Origin: Eledone cirrhosa
Taxonomy: Eukaryota
Assembly: GCA_964016885.1 (NCBI GenBank)
Contig: OZ024742.1
Location: 88,102,001-88,166,000 of the forward strand
Length of the DNA stretch: 64,000 bases
Reading direction: 5' to 3'
Shown: in pieces, positions 14,336 to 28,330 of the stretch
Layout of the letters: the number at the start of each line of letters is the position of its first letter
How positions within the stretch are numbered: the stretch's first letter is position 1
Notes under the pieces: model-generated
The model's database searches: none
The model's input: only the letters and a program-made list of their open reading frames with translations
What the model was told of the DNA's origin: nothing
Made by a program: the position numbers and the translations under genes

Positions 14336-14615
14336 GTATATATATTAATTAACACCTCTTTAAATTTAACTGTCGCTAATACGTAAACATTGCAATGAAA
14401 GGATAACATATATTAAGAATTGTTCTACTCAGAATAGTATTAAAATATAATAAACTAAACAAACATAACACTTTACAGGTTATAAGTCAAATCAACTATA
14501 AAAGGTCAGTTTTAACATATAGGAAACCCAAACTAAGATTTCTGGACATCAATATACAATATTAGCAATTCCAAGACATTTGAATAACCAATATTTGAAG
14601 AATTTATGTTCCTCC

Positions 14616-15452
<837 letters not shown>

Positions 15453-16185
15453 TTGTTTACTTGTCTCACTCGCTTTACGCGTTTCAATTGTCCTAATAAC
15501 TTATTTTAGTTATTTTCGCACCAACGTCAGGTATATGGTTTTTTATGCGATGAAATACCAATGATCGTTGGCAAATCACTGATGAGGGACTCATTTTATA
15601 ACATGCAATCCATGTGCAACCATGCAGTATTCTTCTCCCCCTATTTTTCACATATATTTACCTAAACTGCGATTCTGTGTTTCTCTCTTTCTCTCTTAGT
15701 GCTCCCTCGTTCTCTCTGTTTCTCTTACTTTCTTTCGTCACCTCTGTCATGTCAGTTAACACTTTCTCTCTACTGACCTCTTGCTCGCACTTCCACTCAC
15801 TCACTTTCTGTTTCTCCCCTTCTTACCTCCTCCCGTTCGCTACGAAATCGATTTTCCTTCTTTTTTACATCGGATTCACTAGCGGAAGGTCTGTTTCTTA
15901 CTCGCACATGTATTCGAACAGCTTATACTGACAGAATAATCATGTTGCTTGTGTTTCTTTCTATCTTCGGTTAGCTTACCCCTGTGTTGTTTACTTGTCT
16001 TACTCGCTTTACGCGCTTCAATTGTCCTAATAACTTATTTTAGTTATTTTCGCACCAACGTGAGGTATACGATTTTTAATGCGATGAAATACCAATGATC
16101 GTTGGCAAATCACTGATGAGGGACTCATTTTATAACATGCAATCCATGTGCAACCATGCAGTATTCTTCTCCCCATATTGTTCAC
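15453..16185. repeat. Partial tandem repeat (~535-bp period), pLTR-like
   Basis: 15453-15650 recurs at ~15988-16185; pyrimidine-rich interior; hammerhead-like GAAACGCGUA on the minus strand near 15475-15485. Confidence 0.7.
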
Positions 16186-16425
16186 ATGTATATATATATA
16201 TATACACATATATATATATAAGTATGTATACGTACATACATATATGTATACAGACGTACAGTAGTATGTATATATATACACACATGCACACATATATATA
16301 TATGTACGTATGGATTCACCGATGATTTATTATAATGCTCGGTGTGTTTGAAAACATACATCCCGAATTAAGCCGTACAGTGTCCAGCAACCATCGTTGC
16401 TCATTTGTTCAACACTGTCAAAGGA

Positions 16426-16468
16426 ACGCTGTACTAGTTTCAAGCGTATTAGCTATCGTCAGCAACGT
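16426..16468 (-). ncRNA. Minimal type I hammerhead ribozyme (family A), core intact
   Basis: ACGUUG-CUGACGA-U-AGC-UAAUAC-GCU-U-GAAA-CUAG-UA-CAGCGU; palindromic stem III ACUAGU. Confidence 0.85.
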
Positions 16469-16896
16469 ATACCTTCCTGCCAGATGATTGAACGTCTGAA
16501 AGTATATACTTTCCTTATACATATTAACGGTTGAGCAGCCTCATTTGCATATCGACTGAGTTAATCGGCCGGGTACACGGAAAGTGATAAACGGAAAAAA
16601 TGGAACGAAATTTCATTTCTCACCCTTAGTACGTGTGCATGTATGTATATATATATACATACTACTGTACGTCTGTAGACATATATGTATGTACGTATAC
16701 ATATATACATACTTACATTTAAGTAAGTGCCGTACTAAGTGTGAGAAATGAAATTTCGTTTCATTCTATTCCATTATCGTTTTCGGCGTGCCCGGCCGAC
16801 TGAACTCAATCGATATGCAAATTAGGCTGCTCAGCCGTTAATATGCATAAGGAAAATATATGCTTTCATACGTTCAACCATCTGGCAGGAAGGTAT

Positions 16897-16939
16897 ACGA
16901 TGCTGACGATAGCTAATAAACTTGAAACTAGTACATCGT
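16897..16939 (+). ncRNA. Minimal type I hammerhead ribozyme (family A), core intact
   Basis: ACGAUG-CUGACGA-UAGCUAAUAAACUU-GAAA-CUAG-UA-CAUCGU; stem I covaries relative to other copies; one stem II mismatch. Confidence 0.85.
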
Positions 16940-17158
16940 TCCTGTGTCAGTGTTGAACAAAAAGTTGACTCGGTTGCTTAAACACTGTACGGCGTAATTC
17001 GGGCTGTTTGTTTGTTTACAAACAAACAAACCTAGCATTATAATATATATGTGTGCATGTGTGTATATATATACATACTACTGTACGTCTGTAAACATAT
17101 ATGTATGTACGTATACATACATACATACTTACATTTATATTATATTATATTTATATAT

Positions 17159-17432
17159 AATTGTTTCTACTTTAGGCACAAGGCCAGCAATTACCCAGTG
17201 CATTACTGGTACTTTATTTTATCGACCCCGTAAGGATGAAAGGCAAAGTCAACCTCGGCGGGATTTGAACTCAGATTGTAAAGGGACGTAACTATGCTGT
17301 AAAGCATGGCGTCCGACCCTCTACCGATACTGCCAATCCACCGCCCTTTTATATTTATATATAATTGTTTCTACTTTAGGCACAAGGCCAGCAATTACCC
17401 AGTGCATTACTGGTACTTTATTTTATCGACCC
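17159..17432 (-). mobile_element. tRNA-derived SINE (17159-17346) plus tandem 3' fragment (17363-17432)
   Basis: Reverse complement of the SINE consensus. Confidence 0.9.
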
Positions 17433-17649
17433 CATATTTATATATATATATATTTATATATTTATATTTATATATATATATATATTTATATATTTATATA
17501 TAATGAAGTGTGGTAAGGAACCAGATGGACAATAACGCACCAGAGTACTTGATACTTAGGGTAGTATACTACTAATACTTCGGAAATAGCAGTAGAAATG
17601 GCTTGAACTCTGCCGTCGGGGTCCTGAAACTTTTCCTATATTTATATAT

Positions 17650-17985
17650 ATATATGAATGTATGTATAGTATATTTGGCAATATATCGTATGTTTAATTT
17701 AAAACATTTAGAAGACCATACACTATCAGTTTTAAAGTAGTGAACATGTTACTTACTTCTCGGCGAAAGAAGGGGGAGAAGCCTATTTCACGCTGTTTGG
17801 CGCTCATTAGAGCCACGCACCCCCCACTTTCGCCGAAAATTATAGAAGCTGGAATTTTTATAGAATTCCCGTAATAATCAGGAGCTAATTATAGAGAGCT
17901 ATTGCCCGTCCAGCAAATATTCTAAATGTTTTTAATTAAACATACGTTATATTGCCAAATATACTATACATGCATTCATGTATAC
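17650..17985. mobile_element. Small element with ~65-bp terminal inverted repeats and an internal hammerhead relic
   Basis: ~17650-17713 and ~17918-17985 are reverse complements; internal hairpin CGGCGAAAG...CTTTCGCCG. Confidence 0.65.
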
Positions 17986-18154
17986 ATCGCTATTTCAGAG
18001 CACCAATTCTAATACCTATATATATATATTAAGATGTGACGAAAAACACAACCCCTCCATCTCAATTTTACTTTTGAAAAGCAGAAGAACTGCGAAACCG
18101 GTAAAGGAACCAAATAAATATATATATTTTTTTAAATGATTCAGTTGCCTTATC

Positions 18155-18612
18155 GATTTCATCTTTTTAAAGAAGGCCGTGAGCTCTTTTCTGATCCTGA
18201 CGCAATCACGTAGGCTGCAATTTGTCATGGTTAAAATACAGTCAGCACGGTACAAACCACTGCCCACGTTCGGGAATTCTTCCTTGATAGAAAAAAGAAG
18301 GTAAAGGCCGATAAGATCAGTAACATCCGGAGAATCGGTGGCGTCCATACTCACGTCGAATGGGGTACTATTAGATTTTTTAATCCAAATAGAGTCATCG
18401 AGATTAATCACCGATTTACGAGCATTGAGGATGACATCAACTTCGAAATCCTTAATAATTGTGAGTGTTTTAGCGAAATTGATAGCTCTAAGAAGAAGTG
18501 GTAAAGTGATGGAGGAGTAGTAATTATTGATGTAGAATTGGATAATACGGCAATGTTCCTTGTTGCTTATACCGTTGAACCAATGAATCACCGCGAAATA
18601 ATTTTTCCACAG
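18155..18612 (-). pseudogene. Penelope-like RT fragment
   Basis: VIHWFNGISNK...QFYINNYYSSIT...FDVSMDATDSPDVTDLIGLYLL...GLYRAD, homologous to ORF 48519-49670; bounded by (TA)n. Confidence 0.85.
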
Positions 18613-18649
<37 letters not shown>

Positions 18650-19014
18650 AATAAATCTGACGACCGTATGTAAGAACGTTTTCGACAAACGGCTTGACCA
18701 GATGCCACCAAATTTGCACCATAGATGTATCCTTTTGCAACTAAGAAAGCGAGGGTGATTTTATCTACTAAATTTGGTTAAAAGATTAAACATATTATTT
18801 AAATATTAACTTCTTTAACATTTTCAAATATCAACACTTCCTGTTATAGGACATACCTCTCTCTTTCTTAGTCTGTCTTTTTAGATAGATACATGTGTCT
18901 CTGTATGTCTGGCTCTCTGACCATTCTGTACATTGACTTCGCTATGTGTGTGTGTGTGTATGTATATATAGCGTGTGTGTGTATATATGTATATATAGTG
19001 TATATATATATATG

Positions 19015-19046
<32 letters not shown>

Positions 19047-19248
19047 TTTATTTAGGTTTGTTGGTTCACCACTGGATAGAAGTGGTCATTCCGTATGGTC
19101 AATCCTGGTGTAATATTGTGAAGAGTACTCAACGCAGTGCAGTTCACCCATCTTCGTGTGTGTAGTTGGTGGTGCGAATACGGAGTTAATTATAAATGAA
19201 ATAAAATAACGGGAGGTTGGACTGGTGTAAATCATTGAAAGGTTTATT

Positions 19249-19306
19249 ATACTATGATCATTTCAATGACAGGGTTCCATATGAATCCGGTGATATCATC
19301 AGGTAT
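19249..19306 (-). ncRNA. Type I hammerhead ribozyme (family C), core intact
   Basis: AUAC-CUGAUGA-[imperfect stem II]-GAAA-UGAUCA-UA-GUAU, immediately followed by AAUAAA; palindromic stem III AUGAUCAU. Confidence 0.75.
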
Positions 19307-20708
19307 TGGAATATAACAAAGGAATATGTAAAAAACCATGGGTCCGAAAAATCAGAGACAGAGACAAAGAGGACAAATGACCAACTAGCTTCTCGACCAG
19401 TCGCCCTCAAATATCTGATGAGGGGGCGAAGGCTTATAATGCACTTCCGTCAAAGAAGAAGGGGAAGAAAGAAAGAGAGGGAGAAAGAAGTGTAGTGTAA
19501 GGGTCATACTACATTCATGCTAGAAAAAGCCGCGAAAAAATGCTACCCCAAAGAATCTATAATGTAACTTTTCCTTACTCAGGTCATTATGCACCTTTCA
19601 TAGCCCCCTACCCACCTAAGAACCACGCTACTTAAAACCCGGACTAACAGGGACTTTAAAATAATTTTGGTCTATTAGCACATTTCATTGGGTTGCTACC
19701 TTCGACTTGTGTGGTGGCTTTTCGCGGCTGCGCGCTGGGGACTCGGAAAGTTCAGCCTTCCTTGAGTGCTCGGAAAAATTAATTTCTCCTGTTTCGTAAA
19801 CGAAATTAATTGGAGCGGGTTGCTTTGCCCCGGTCCCCCCGCGCCGCCTGTTTTGGCCGCCACATTATACTTGTACCTACACATTCCAGGTTTAGGCATA
19901 ACTATTAGCTGTTTCATGCCTCTACTGGCACGTAAATAAATCCCCCATGTGTGATTTAATAGTATTCGTTGGGTATAGACGATGGCCTGAAATTGTGGAG
20001 TTCCCGCTAGCGCTCCTGGGGCCTAAGGTAGCTACGTTCCTAGAGTACTCGGACAAATTAATTTCCATTTCTTTCGCTGGACGATACCACTCGATACTGG
20101 CTGACTCATGGTGTGGGGCGTGCTGGCTAGGACTCCCAATCGCAATCTTTACTCTATATCCCATCCTAATATCTTATCGAGATAAAATTTGTTCTATAAG
20201 ACTCTGTCCGTAAGTTCATTAAATAAATAAATCTCGCTACCTTAATCTTTAATTCTCTAATAACTTATTTCTCAATTTATCTTTTTGCAATTTAATATTT
20301 TTAATTTAATTTAATTTCATCCTATAACTCGCAACGTAAGTTTATAGTTCCAATCTTCGGTTCACACATTGGACCATACAGAAACCCATTATAGATTCTT
20401 TCTGGTAGCATTTTTTCGCGGCTTTTTCTAGCATGAATGTAGTATGACCCTTACACTACACTTCTTTTTCCCTCTCTTTCTTCCCCTTCTTCTTTGACGG
20501 AGTGGTGGTAGTGCATTATAAGCCTTCGCCCCCTCACCAGATTTCATTAGTAGATTCAGTTGCCAACACTTTGAGGGCGACTGGCGAGAAGCTAGTTGGT
20601 CAGTCGTCCTCTTTGTCTCTGTCTCTGATTTTTCGGACCCATGGTTTTTTTACATATTCCTATGTTATATTCCAATACCTGATGATATCACCGGATTCAT
20701 ATGGAACC
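19273..20708. mobile_element. Element with ~300-bp inverted arms (pLTR-like) around an ~820-bp spacer
   Basis: 19273-19564 and 20387-20708 are reverse complements; the right arm is truncated within hammerhead stem II. Confidence 0.8.
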
Positions 20709-20804
20709 ATATGTATATATATGTTCGTATAAAGGAATGCTGTAATAAATGTACAAATTAAACTGTCTTTTATATATGATACTAACACAATATATATATA
20801 TATA

Positions 20805-20868
<64 letters not shown>

Positions 20869-21274
20869 TGTTAGTATCATATCTAAAAGACAGTTTAATG
20901 TGTACATTTATTACAGCATTCATTTATACGAATATATATATACACGTATGTATTCGTACATACATAAAGATGTTATTTACACTTGTTAAAAATGAAGTAT
21001 AATTGTTTCTACTTTTGGCACAAGGCCAGCAATTAAACAAGTACATTACTGGTACTTTATTATAAATAATATATATAATACGACATTCCTCTCTCTTTCT
21101 TACTCTGTCTTTTTAGATAGATACATAGCTATAACGCCGCGCGCTTATAATATATGTCTGAATGGCTTCCTGCCTGCATTAACCTCGCTTCTAAACAAGT
21201 TTTTTATTAATTATATATATATATGTATATACATATATATATATAATTACATATTCGTGTACATATTTTACTAT

Positions 21275-22812
21275 ATATTTTCAAGAGTAATAGTGGACTA
21301 TATATTTTCAACAGGAATACTATATAATTTCAATAGTAATATTGTACAATACTATATATTTTCAACAGTAATGCCGTACGATACTATATATTTTCAAGAG
21401 TAATACTATACTATATATGTTCAACAGTAATACTATACTATACTATACTAGGTCTAAAAAATGCGCAAGTTTAAAAGAGCCACAAATTGTTATAATAAAC
21501 CTTCAAAGTGTGGGACTAGAGTTGTTGCTCAAAAATATTATAATCAGTATCTATCGTACACATCTGTGGCATCCTTTTTATGAAAAAGAGACTCATAACG
21601 AACTCAAGACCACGCCCTAATTATTTAAGCTAATGTTCAATATCTCATATTAGATGTTTAGTAATGATTAATACGAAATGCACTTAAACCGAATTCTATA
21701 TTATAAATTCACTTAAATAATTATCGTGTCGTCTTGACTTCGTTATGAGTCTCTTTTTTTATAAAAGGATGCAACAGAGTGTACGATAGATAATGATTAC
21801 AATATCTTTGAGCAACAACTCTAGTCCCACACTTTTGAAGGTTTTTTATAACATGCTGCGGCCCTTCTAAGTAACGTTTGTAATAACTCTAGTTAAACAT
21901 GATATATATTAATAATAAATTATCGTTGTAATGTAATTAGATTATATAATTGTTATTTTACAAATGATCTTATAAATATTGTTGTAAAATGTATATAAAA
22001 ATGTTCAGACTTTTAATATAAACAACTACAAAAAACAATCAATATTAAATAAATATATTTTACATAATAATTGTTATAGTTGAATTAATAAAAAATAACT
22101 ATTACATACAAATAGTCTAACATAATAATAACAAAATAATAATAAAATAATCTAACATAAAACGAACAATAATATGGACATATATACAAGTAAATATGAT
22201 ACAACCAATATTATAAGCAGGTTATAACGAACCGAAAATAAATAGGTAATATAAATTAAAAAAATCATATATAAAATAACAATATGACTTACCAAAACGA
22301 GAAAAATATTTTTTATGGTAAACGACGAAATACAGGAGGAAGATTCGAAGGCGAAGCGATAAATAAACGTGCAAACAAAATGGCGGATGCTTTTGAGCAA
22401 CAATTACTCTCGTTGGTTGATTAGCCAATAAGACGATGAAATTAGTCAATAAGACGATACATTACAAAACATGTTTGGCAGCGATCACTACGGCCAAAAG
22501 ACACCCCTTGAATGTTTTTATTCACAAGCTACGCATATGTGTCAGACATACAGACTTAAACATTCTGTTGTTAGTCAATGCGTGTCTAACATATATTTTC
22601 AACAGCAATAGTATACTATACTATGTTATCAACAGTAGTATTATACGATATATGTTCAACAGTAATGCTGTAGTATACTATATATTTCCAACAGTAATAC
22701 TGTACTATATATTTTCAACAGTAATACCGTACTATATAGTTTCAACAGTAATATGGTACTATATATTTTGAACAATAATACTATACTATATATTTTCCAT
22801 AGTATTACTATA
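21275..22812. repeat. ~30-bp minisatellite (TATATTTTCAACAGTAATACTATACTAC-like) split by an insertion
   Basis: Units at ~21275-21447 and ~22590-22812. Confidence 0.8.
21448..22590. mobile_element. Repeat element with terminal fold-back (copy 2 of 4222-5437)
   Basis: Collinear with copy 1; sits inside the minisatellite, which defines its ends. Confidence 0.75.
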
Positions 22813-22863
22813 CTACACACACGGCTTATCGTCTGCTTATCCAAGCGAAGCTAGGTACGTCAG

Positions 22864-23040
<177 letters not shown>

Positions 23041-23149
23041 AATATATATATATGGATGCCGTAGAACAAACACGCCAATGATAGCTGGACGCCAGCCGCA
23101 TTGGCAAGCTATTATATATATATATATCAAGATAAATTATATATGTATA

Positions 23150-23237
<88 letters not shown>

Positions 23238-23239
<2 letters not shown>

Positions 23240-23825
23240 AGATAAATTAACAGAGCCATATACTCTCGTTATTCCCTGTAAATTATATGCTCAAAGAAAA
23301 GGAATCCTGAGCTCTTTAAAATACAATATGTAGAAAGGGTAACACACTAGAGAGAGGGAGAGAGAGAGTGCCATCAATAAAACAGGGAAACCACCAGTGT
23401 ATGGAATATATAACCTATGGAAGGCAGTGTATACACACACTAGTTAAAAATATAAATTAAAATGCGCAAAAGCACCACTATAACTATATAACACACAGTA
23501 CAAATCCAAAGAAATATGTTTCGCCAAGACATTATTGACTGAAATGGAAGCGCCTATGGGTATACAACGTGTGTAAGGTAAATACATTCCAGACAACTCT
23601 AAGGAAATATAACATAACCGTCCTGCAACACGCGACAGAGAGATGTGAAAGCGTGTATAGGGCAGTGAACCAGAGGTATCTGAGAGACGAGCTGCTAGAT
23701 ATGGCAGCCCAAAACCACTCAAAGAGATGTGCTCAACCCAACAGAGAGAGAGAGGAAAGGAGCGAAATATCAAGATAAATTAACGGAGCCATAGACTCTC
23801 GTTATTCCCTGTACATTATGTGGTC
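23238..23825. repeat. Partial tandem repeat (~532-bp period) abutting (TA)n
   Basis: CAAGATAAATTAAC(A/G)GAGCCATA at 23238 and 23771; third copy at 43651. Confidence 0.75.
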
Positions 23826-24967
23826 AGTTTACCATTGCCTACTTATTTATCATGTAATTATAGCAGCACCTAAATACATTTCCAGCTCTATATAAGGTAT
23901 AAATTATCTCGCTGGTAGTGATATCATTTAGTGAGTGTTGTTGTTTAAGTCACTGTACCGGGTTATTTAATTATTGAGATATTCAATCAATTATAAATGC
24001 TTTCATAATTTTTAACATTCATTTAATATATTTACATGTAACATTTCCACGTCACTTACGACGTGATATTACTAGTTTTATTAACTACTAGTATTAAAAC
24101 ATCTCTATATTTAGTGCATGCTATCTTCTTTGCAATAATACATCACAGTTTGTGAAATGTCTAAAGATACTGAACTTGAATATTATACTAATTATGATTA
24201 CCAATTTCTATGTTTGACTTTCATAATTTTAACCTTCTTTCTAATACATTTTTTAATGTTATCATTTACAATTTCTGTTAGGATATCAAAGCATGTCTCA
24301 CACTGATATATTAACACATCTATATATATAAGCCTCTTTCGCCCGCAGCATTTAACAGATGTAGTATAAACTGCTGCGCTGAACAATCTTCGTTCTGTCT
24401 CAACGGCTTCAGTTTTCCGTGGTGTTCTATGTATTAGGATGCGATATTATCTGCATACATGATCGTGACTTCCTTATCCACCAACACTTTATCCTGTTTA
24501 TCTCCTTAGGCATGCCAATTTTGTGGGCTACTTTAGGTTTAGAATGTCTCAATTAAATGAGTAATATATATATTCGGTGAAGAAAGAAGATGAAGGAATA
24601 CAGGTAGTAGTCCCACACATCAGTCGACAACAAGAGATAAATTGCTTGATTCAATTATTTCTAGTGCACAAAAAAAGTAATAAATGGATTAAAGAAAAGA
24701 TCACATTCATAAGGACTATTTACAAACATTTGCAAATTTGTCACTAACACATGATCTGCAGGTGAAAATATATTGACGAGGCCCAACACACATACACACA
24801 TGCACAAACACACACACATACACACACACACCCACACCAACAACACACACACACACTCACGCACATATACACACACACACACATACACACGCACTACGCA
24901 CACACACACACACACACACATACACACACACACCCACGCCCCCCCCCCCCCACACACACACACAGAC

Positions 24968-24998
<31 letters not shown>

Positions 24999-25202
24999 CA
25001 AGAACGCTCAGTTAAGCCTTTATTACGTTAATTGATTGGTGACGAACGTTTCGCTATTGAACATCTCAAGTTTTGATATGTATCGATCTGATCTGACACA
25101 GGAAACAGATGCTCATTTGGCTTTACACCGCGCCTCAGACGTGAAACTAAACATCTACTGCTCACCTGCGAGAGGCCACAGTTACTTTACGTTATAGTCC
25201 GT

Positions 25203-25269
<67 letters not shown>

Positions 25270-25274
<5 letters not shown>

Positions 25275-25895
25275 TTCAAGAGAAAACCGATCTTAAAGAG
25301 AGAGATGGAGATAGGGAGGGGAAGAGAGATTGGTGAATTAGTTAGAAGCCAAAAGCGTAAAGGCATGTGCTCAATGTGCAATATGCAGTGGAAGGCAGTT
25401 AGATGGCTGGGTACATGCAGATGTTAGGTGCAGAGAGCTGGAAATATTCATTAGTTAAGCAAAACAAGACCACAAATATCACACGAAAGACATTATTTAA
25501 AGATTGTCAACTTAGTTGTAGTTTAACGTAAGGAATGTAAAGAATAATTATAATTGTTTCTACTTTAGGCACAAGGCCAGGAATTATCCATTACATTACT
25601 GGTACTTTATTTTATCAACCCCGTAAGGATGAAAGGCAAAGTTAACCTCGACGGGATTTAAACTCAGACTCTAAAGGGATGTAACTATGCTACATGGCAT
25701 GGCATCCAACCCTCTACCGTTACTGCCAATTCACCACCCTCTATAGAATAATCATAATAATAATAATACTAATAATGTCCGTTTACAATTGTTTCGCTAC
25801 TCCATATAATGTTTTTGGATCAAATCATTATAGATCATTATTGATCTGGTTCAGATGAAGATAATTAACTTATGTAAAAATGAAGCAGTTCAAAG
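25270..25895 (-). mobile_element. Solo pLTR/5' region of the 47-51 kb Penelope-like family with SINE insert (25552-25740) and degenerate hammerhead (~25781-25895)
   Basis: Reverse complement of ~47530-48270. Confidence 0.85.
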
Positions 25896-26387
25896 GTTTC
25901 TGGATCCCAGACAATATTAATATACGTCTGGATCGGTCATCTGACAGAGATGTTATCGATAAAATATATGAAATAAGATTCAAAATCTGTTAAAAATTGG
26001 AAATGAGGCTGGGAACGTTTGGTAATGAAGTCGTTTTATTTTGTGTTGTTCACTTTCTAATTATATAGCTCTGTTCTATACATAGAGCACACTGTTTTCC
26101 TTTTTTTTTACTTTGCTTCTCCTTCGGAATTACTAAACATATATATATATAGTTAGAGAACTGTGTAATATCAGACAATACATGGGTTCAAGCATACCGT
26201 CTTCTTCGGAAACATTGAAGTTAGAATATTTATTGGTAGTACATAAACAGGGTAGATATAAGAATAGACATACCATATACATATTTATTCCAGATTCCTC
26301 CTTAGTGGAAAGATTCTTCTAGGACCTTGTCCCCACTATCATTACTGTAGTAAATGGATGACCACCAAGAGTAAGTGGTCGACGACG

Positions 26388-26430
26388 ACGACGGCGGCGG
26401 CGGCGACGATAGCGACGCCGACGACGGCGG

Positions 26431-26487
<57 letters not shown>

Positions 26488-26592
26488 GGAAGAAGAAGAA
26501 GAAGAAGAAGAAGAAGAAGAAGAAGAAGAAGAAGAAGAAGAAGAAGAAGAAGAAGAAGAAGAAGAAGAAGAAGAAGAAGAAAAAAAAGAAGA
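26388..26592. repeat. Compound (GAC/GGC)n(GAA)n microsatellite
   Basis: Direct reading; explains the poly-T/K and poly-D/E ORFs. Confidence 0.95.
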
Positions 26593-26619
26593 GTTAGTTC
26601 TCTTCAGGATACTCTACTT

Positions 26620-28240
26620 TACGTTGTAGGGTATATTTTTCATTTTAGAATCGTTAATAGTTTCCACTAGTGAGCTGGTGGTAGCTAATTTAGTATTTTT
26701 TTTAAATGAATCGGTATGCGAATAGAACTTTTTTCTTAAATGAATTACAGGTAGTACCTATGTAGGATTATGTACTATCTTTAGTAATTACTCTACATTT
26801 ATATACAATACTGCTAATTAAGCAATTGCATTAAGGGTGCATTAGCTTTAATTCTAGTTCCATGTAGGATGAGTTATTTAGTTAAGATTATTATTCATGC
26901 TACACTATTATTTTTGTTATTAATATTAATGGTATCATTGCTAGTATCGGTGTCTACTCTGCGAAGTATATTATTATGGATAAAAATTGTTAGATGCTTG
27001 GATTGTTTGCATTAGGGTAGTTGGTGGTGTGCTGGTTGTTGATGTATTTTCAATGATATGACCAGTCGAGGAGGTTATTTTAGCTTGATGATTGTTGGAT
27101 ATGTAGTAAGAGTTGTCTTCCTTGTTATGACGTCACATCAGCAGCAGCGCTTGCACGAATAAAGGAGTCTGACTGCAGCGTTCGAAGAAACCAGACGTCA
27201 ATAGCTTCGCTCTGGCGATTAAGCACGCGATGAGATCCCCACAATGGCACCTTCACGTGCTAATCAATTCAGGCCATTCTTTGGGACATTAAACATCCAG
27301 GTATGATTTAACATCTAAGCACACACCACTCCATTAATAAACAATTAATTATCATAATAACCGTCGTTGTTATAGATACTTCATTTAGTTGACCTATATT
27401 AGCGGGTATTTTTCAGGTTATGGGTGTGCAGTTAGTATTATTAGATGTGTGTTGGTTTACATTGAGTAATATTTGGTGTAAGACTAGTTCCGTCTATTTG
27501 TGTGGGGGTGATTTATGGATGCAATTTTTACTATCCTACATTTATAGAAATTCATTGCGCTTATTTTTGACCGCAGATTGGTTGGTGCTGAGTAAGAATG
27601 TTTAACGGTAAAGCGGTTAAGGATTTGGTGATATTTATGGTTAGGTGGGAAGTGCCTACTCAAGATGCAAAGAATTGTTTACCTACTTATCCCTTATTTT
27701 GTATACTTAAATGTGCATTATACCATGTGAAGTAATTTCTACGATTTCTATTTTTAGTTTTATGTATATCTTTATGGTTATTCGCAATGTGATGAGGGGT
27801 GTTGGTATAATTAGAGGAGTTGGAGGGATTATTATATCTACTATTATTGTTTATATGGTGTAGAATAGATTTGTGATTGGTAATTTCATTTGATTTAGGA
27901 GCATTATATTGTTGTCTAGCTGTGTCAGTATCATTGGCTACAATGGCATAACGTTGTAGCTTAAACATTCTACTATCAGAAATATAATTTGGTAAAACTT
28001 TGGTCGGAAAGGTTGACAGATGGAGGTATTTGTATAGGTGCGGCTAAGTAAGGTACTGAAGAGTCTTTATTTATAGAAATAGTTGATTGTGCATTTAGGA
28101 TTACTTCGTAGTTATGAAATAGGAGGTTTTTACTTACATTATCCATTCCCTTGGTCGAGTTATTTGCGCATGCATTGTTAGTAGTGTTGGAGTTCAGTTC
28201 TAAAATATTATGGCGTGTATTAATACAATGAGCATTAGAT
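26620..28240 (-). mobile_element. Degenerate Penelope-like 3' half (linker and GIY-YIG region)
   Basis: KNRNRRNYFTWYNAHLS resembles the PLE RxIxWFNPPFS linker; N-rich linker like 49.7-50.3 kb. Confidence 0.55.
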
Positions 28241-28242
28241 TT

Positions 28243-28330
<88 letters not shown>

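Larger units (their letters stand above)
16187..17140. mobile_element. Divergent inverted pair of the ~424-nt hammerhead-bearing unit (family A)
   Basis: Left arm on minus (~16187-16634), right arm on plus (~16634-17140); same unit as 51541-52930. Confidence 0.85.

Noticed and set aside
21275-22812. CRISPR-like array
   Set aside because: The ~30-bp units are contiguous degenerate tandem repeats without unique spacers, in eukaryotic context with no cas genes.
25048-25141. Hammerhead 3' half GAAA-CGUUCG-UC followed by AAUAAA on minus
   Set aside because: The 5' core is too degenerate (CUGAGGC) and stem II cannot be closed.
26358-26629. Poly-T/K and poly-D/E ORFs
   Set aside because: Trinucleotide microsatellite with no coding context.
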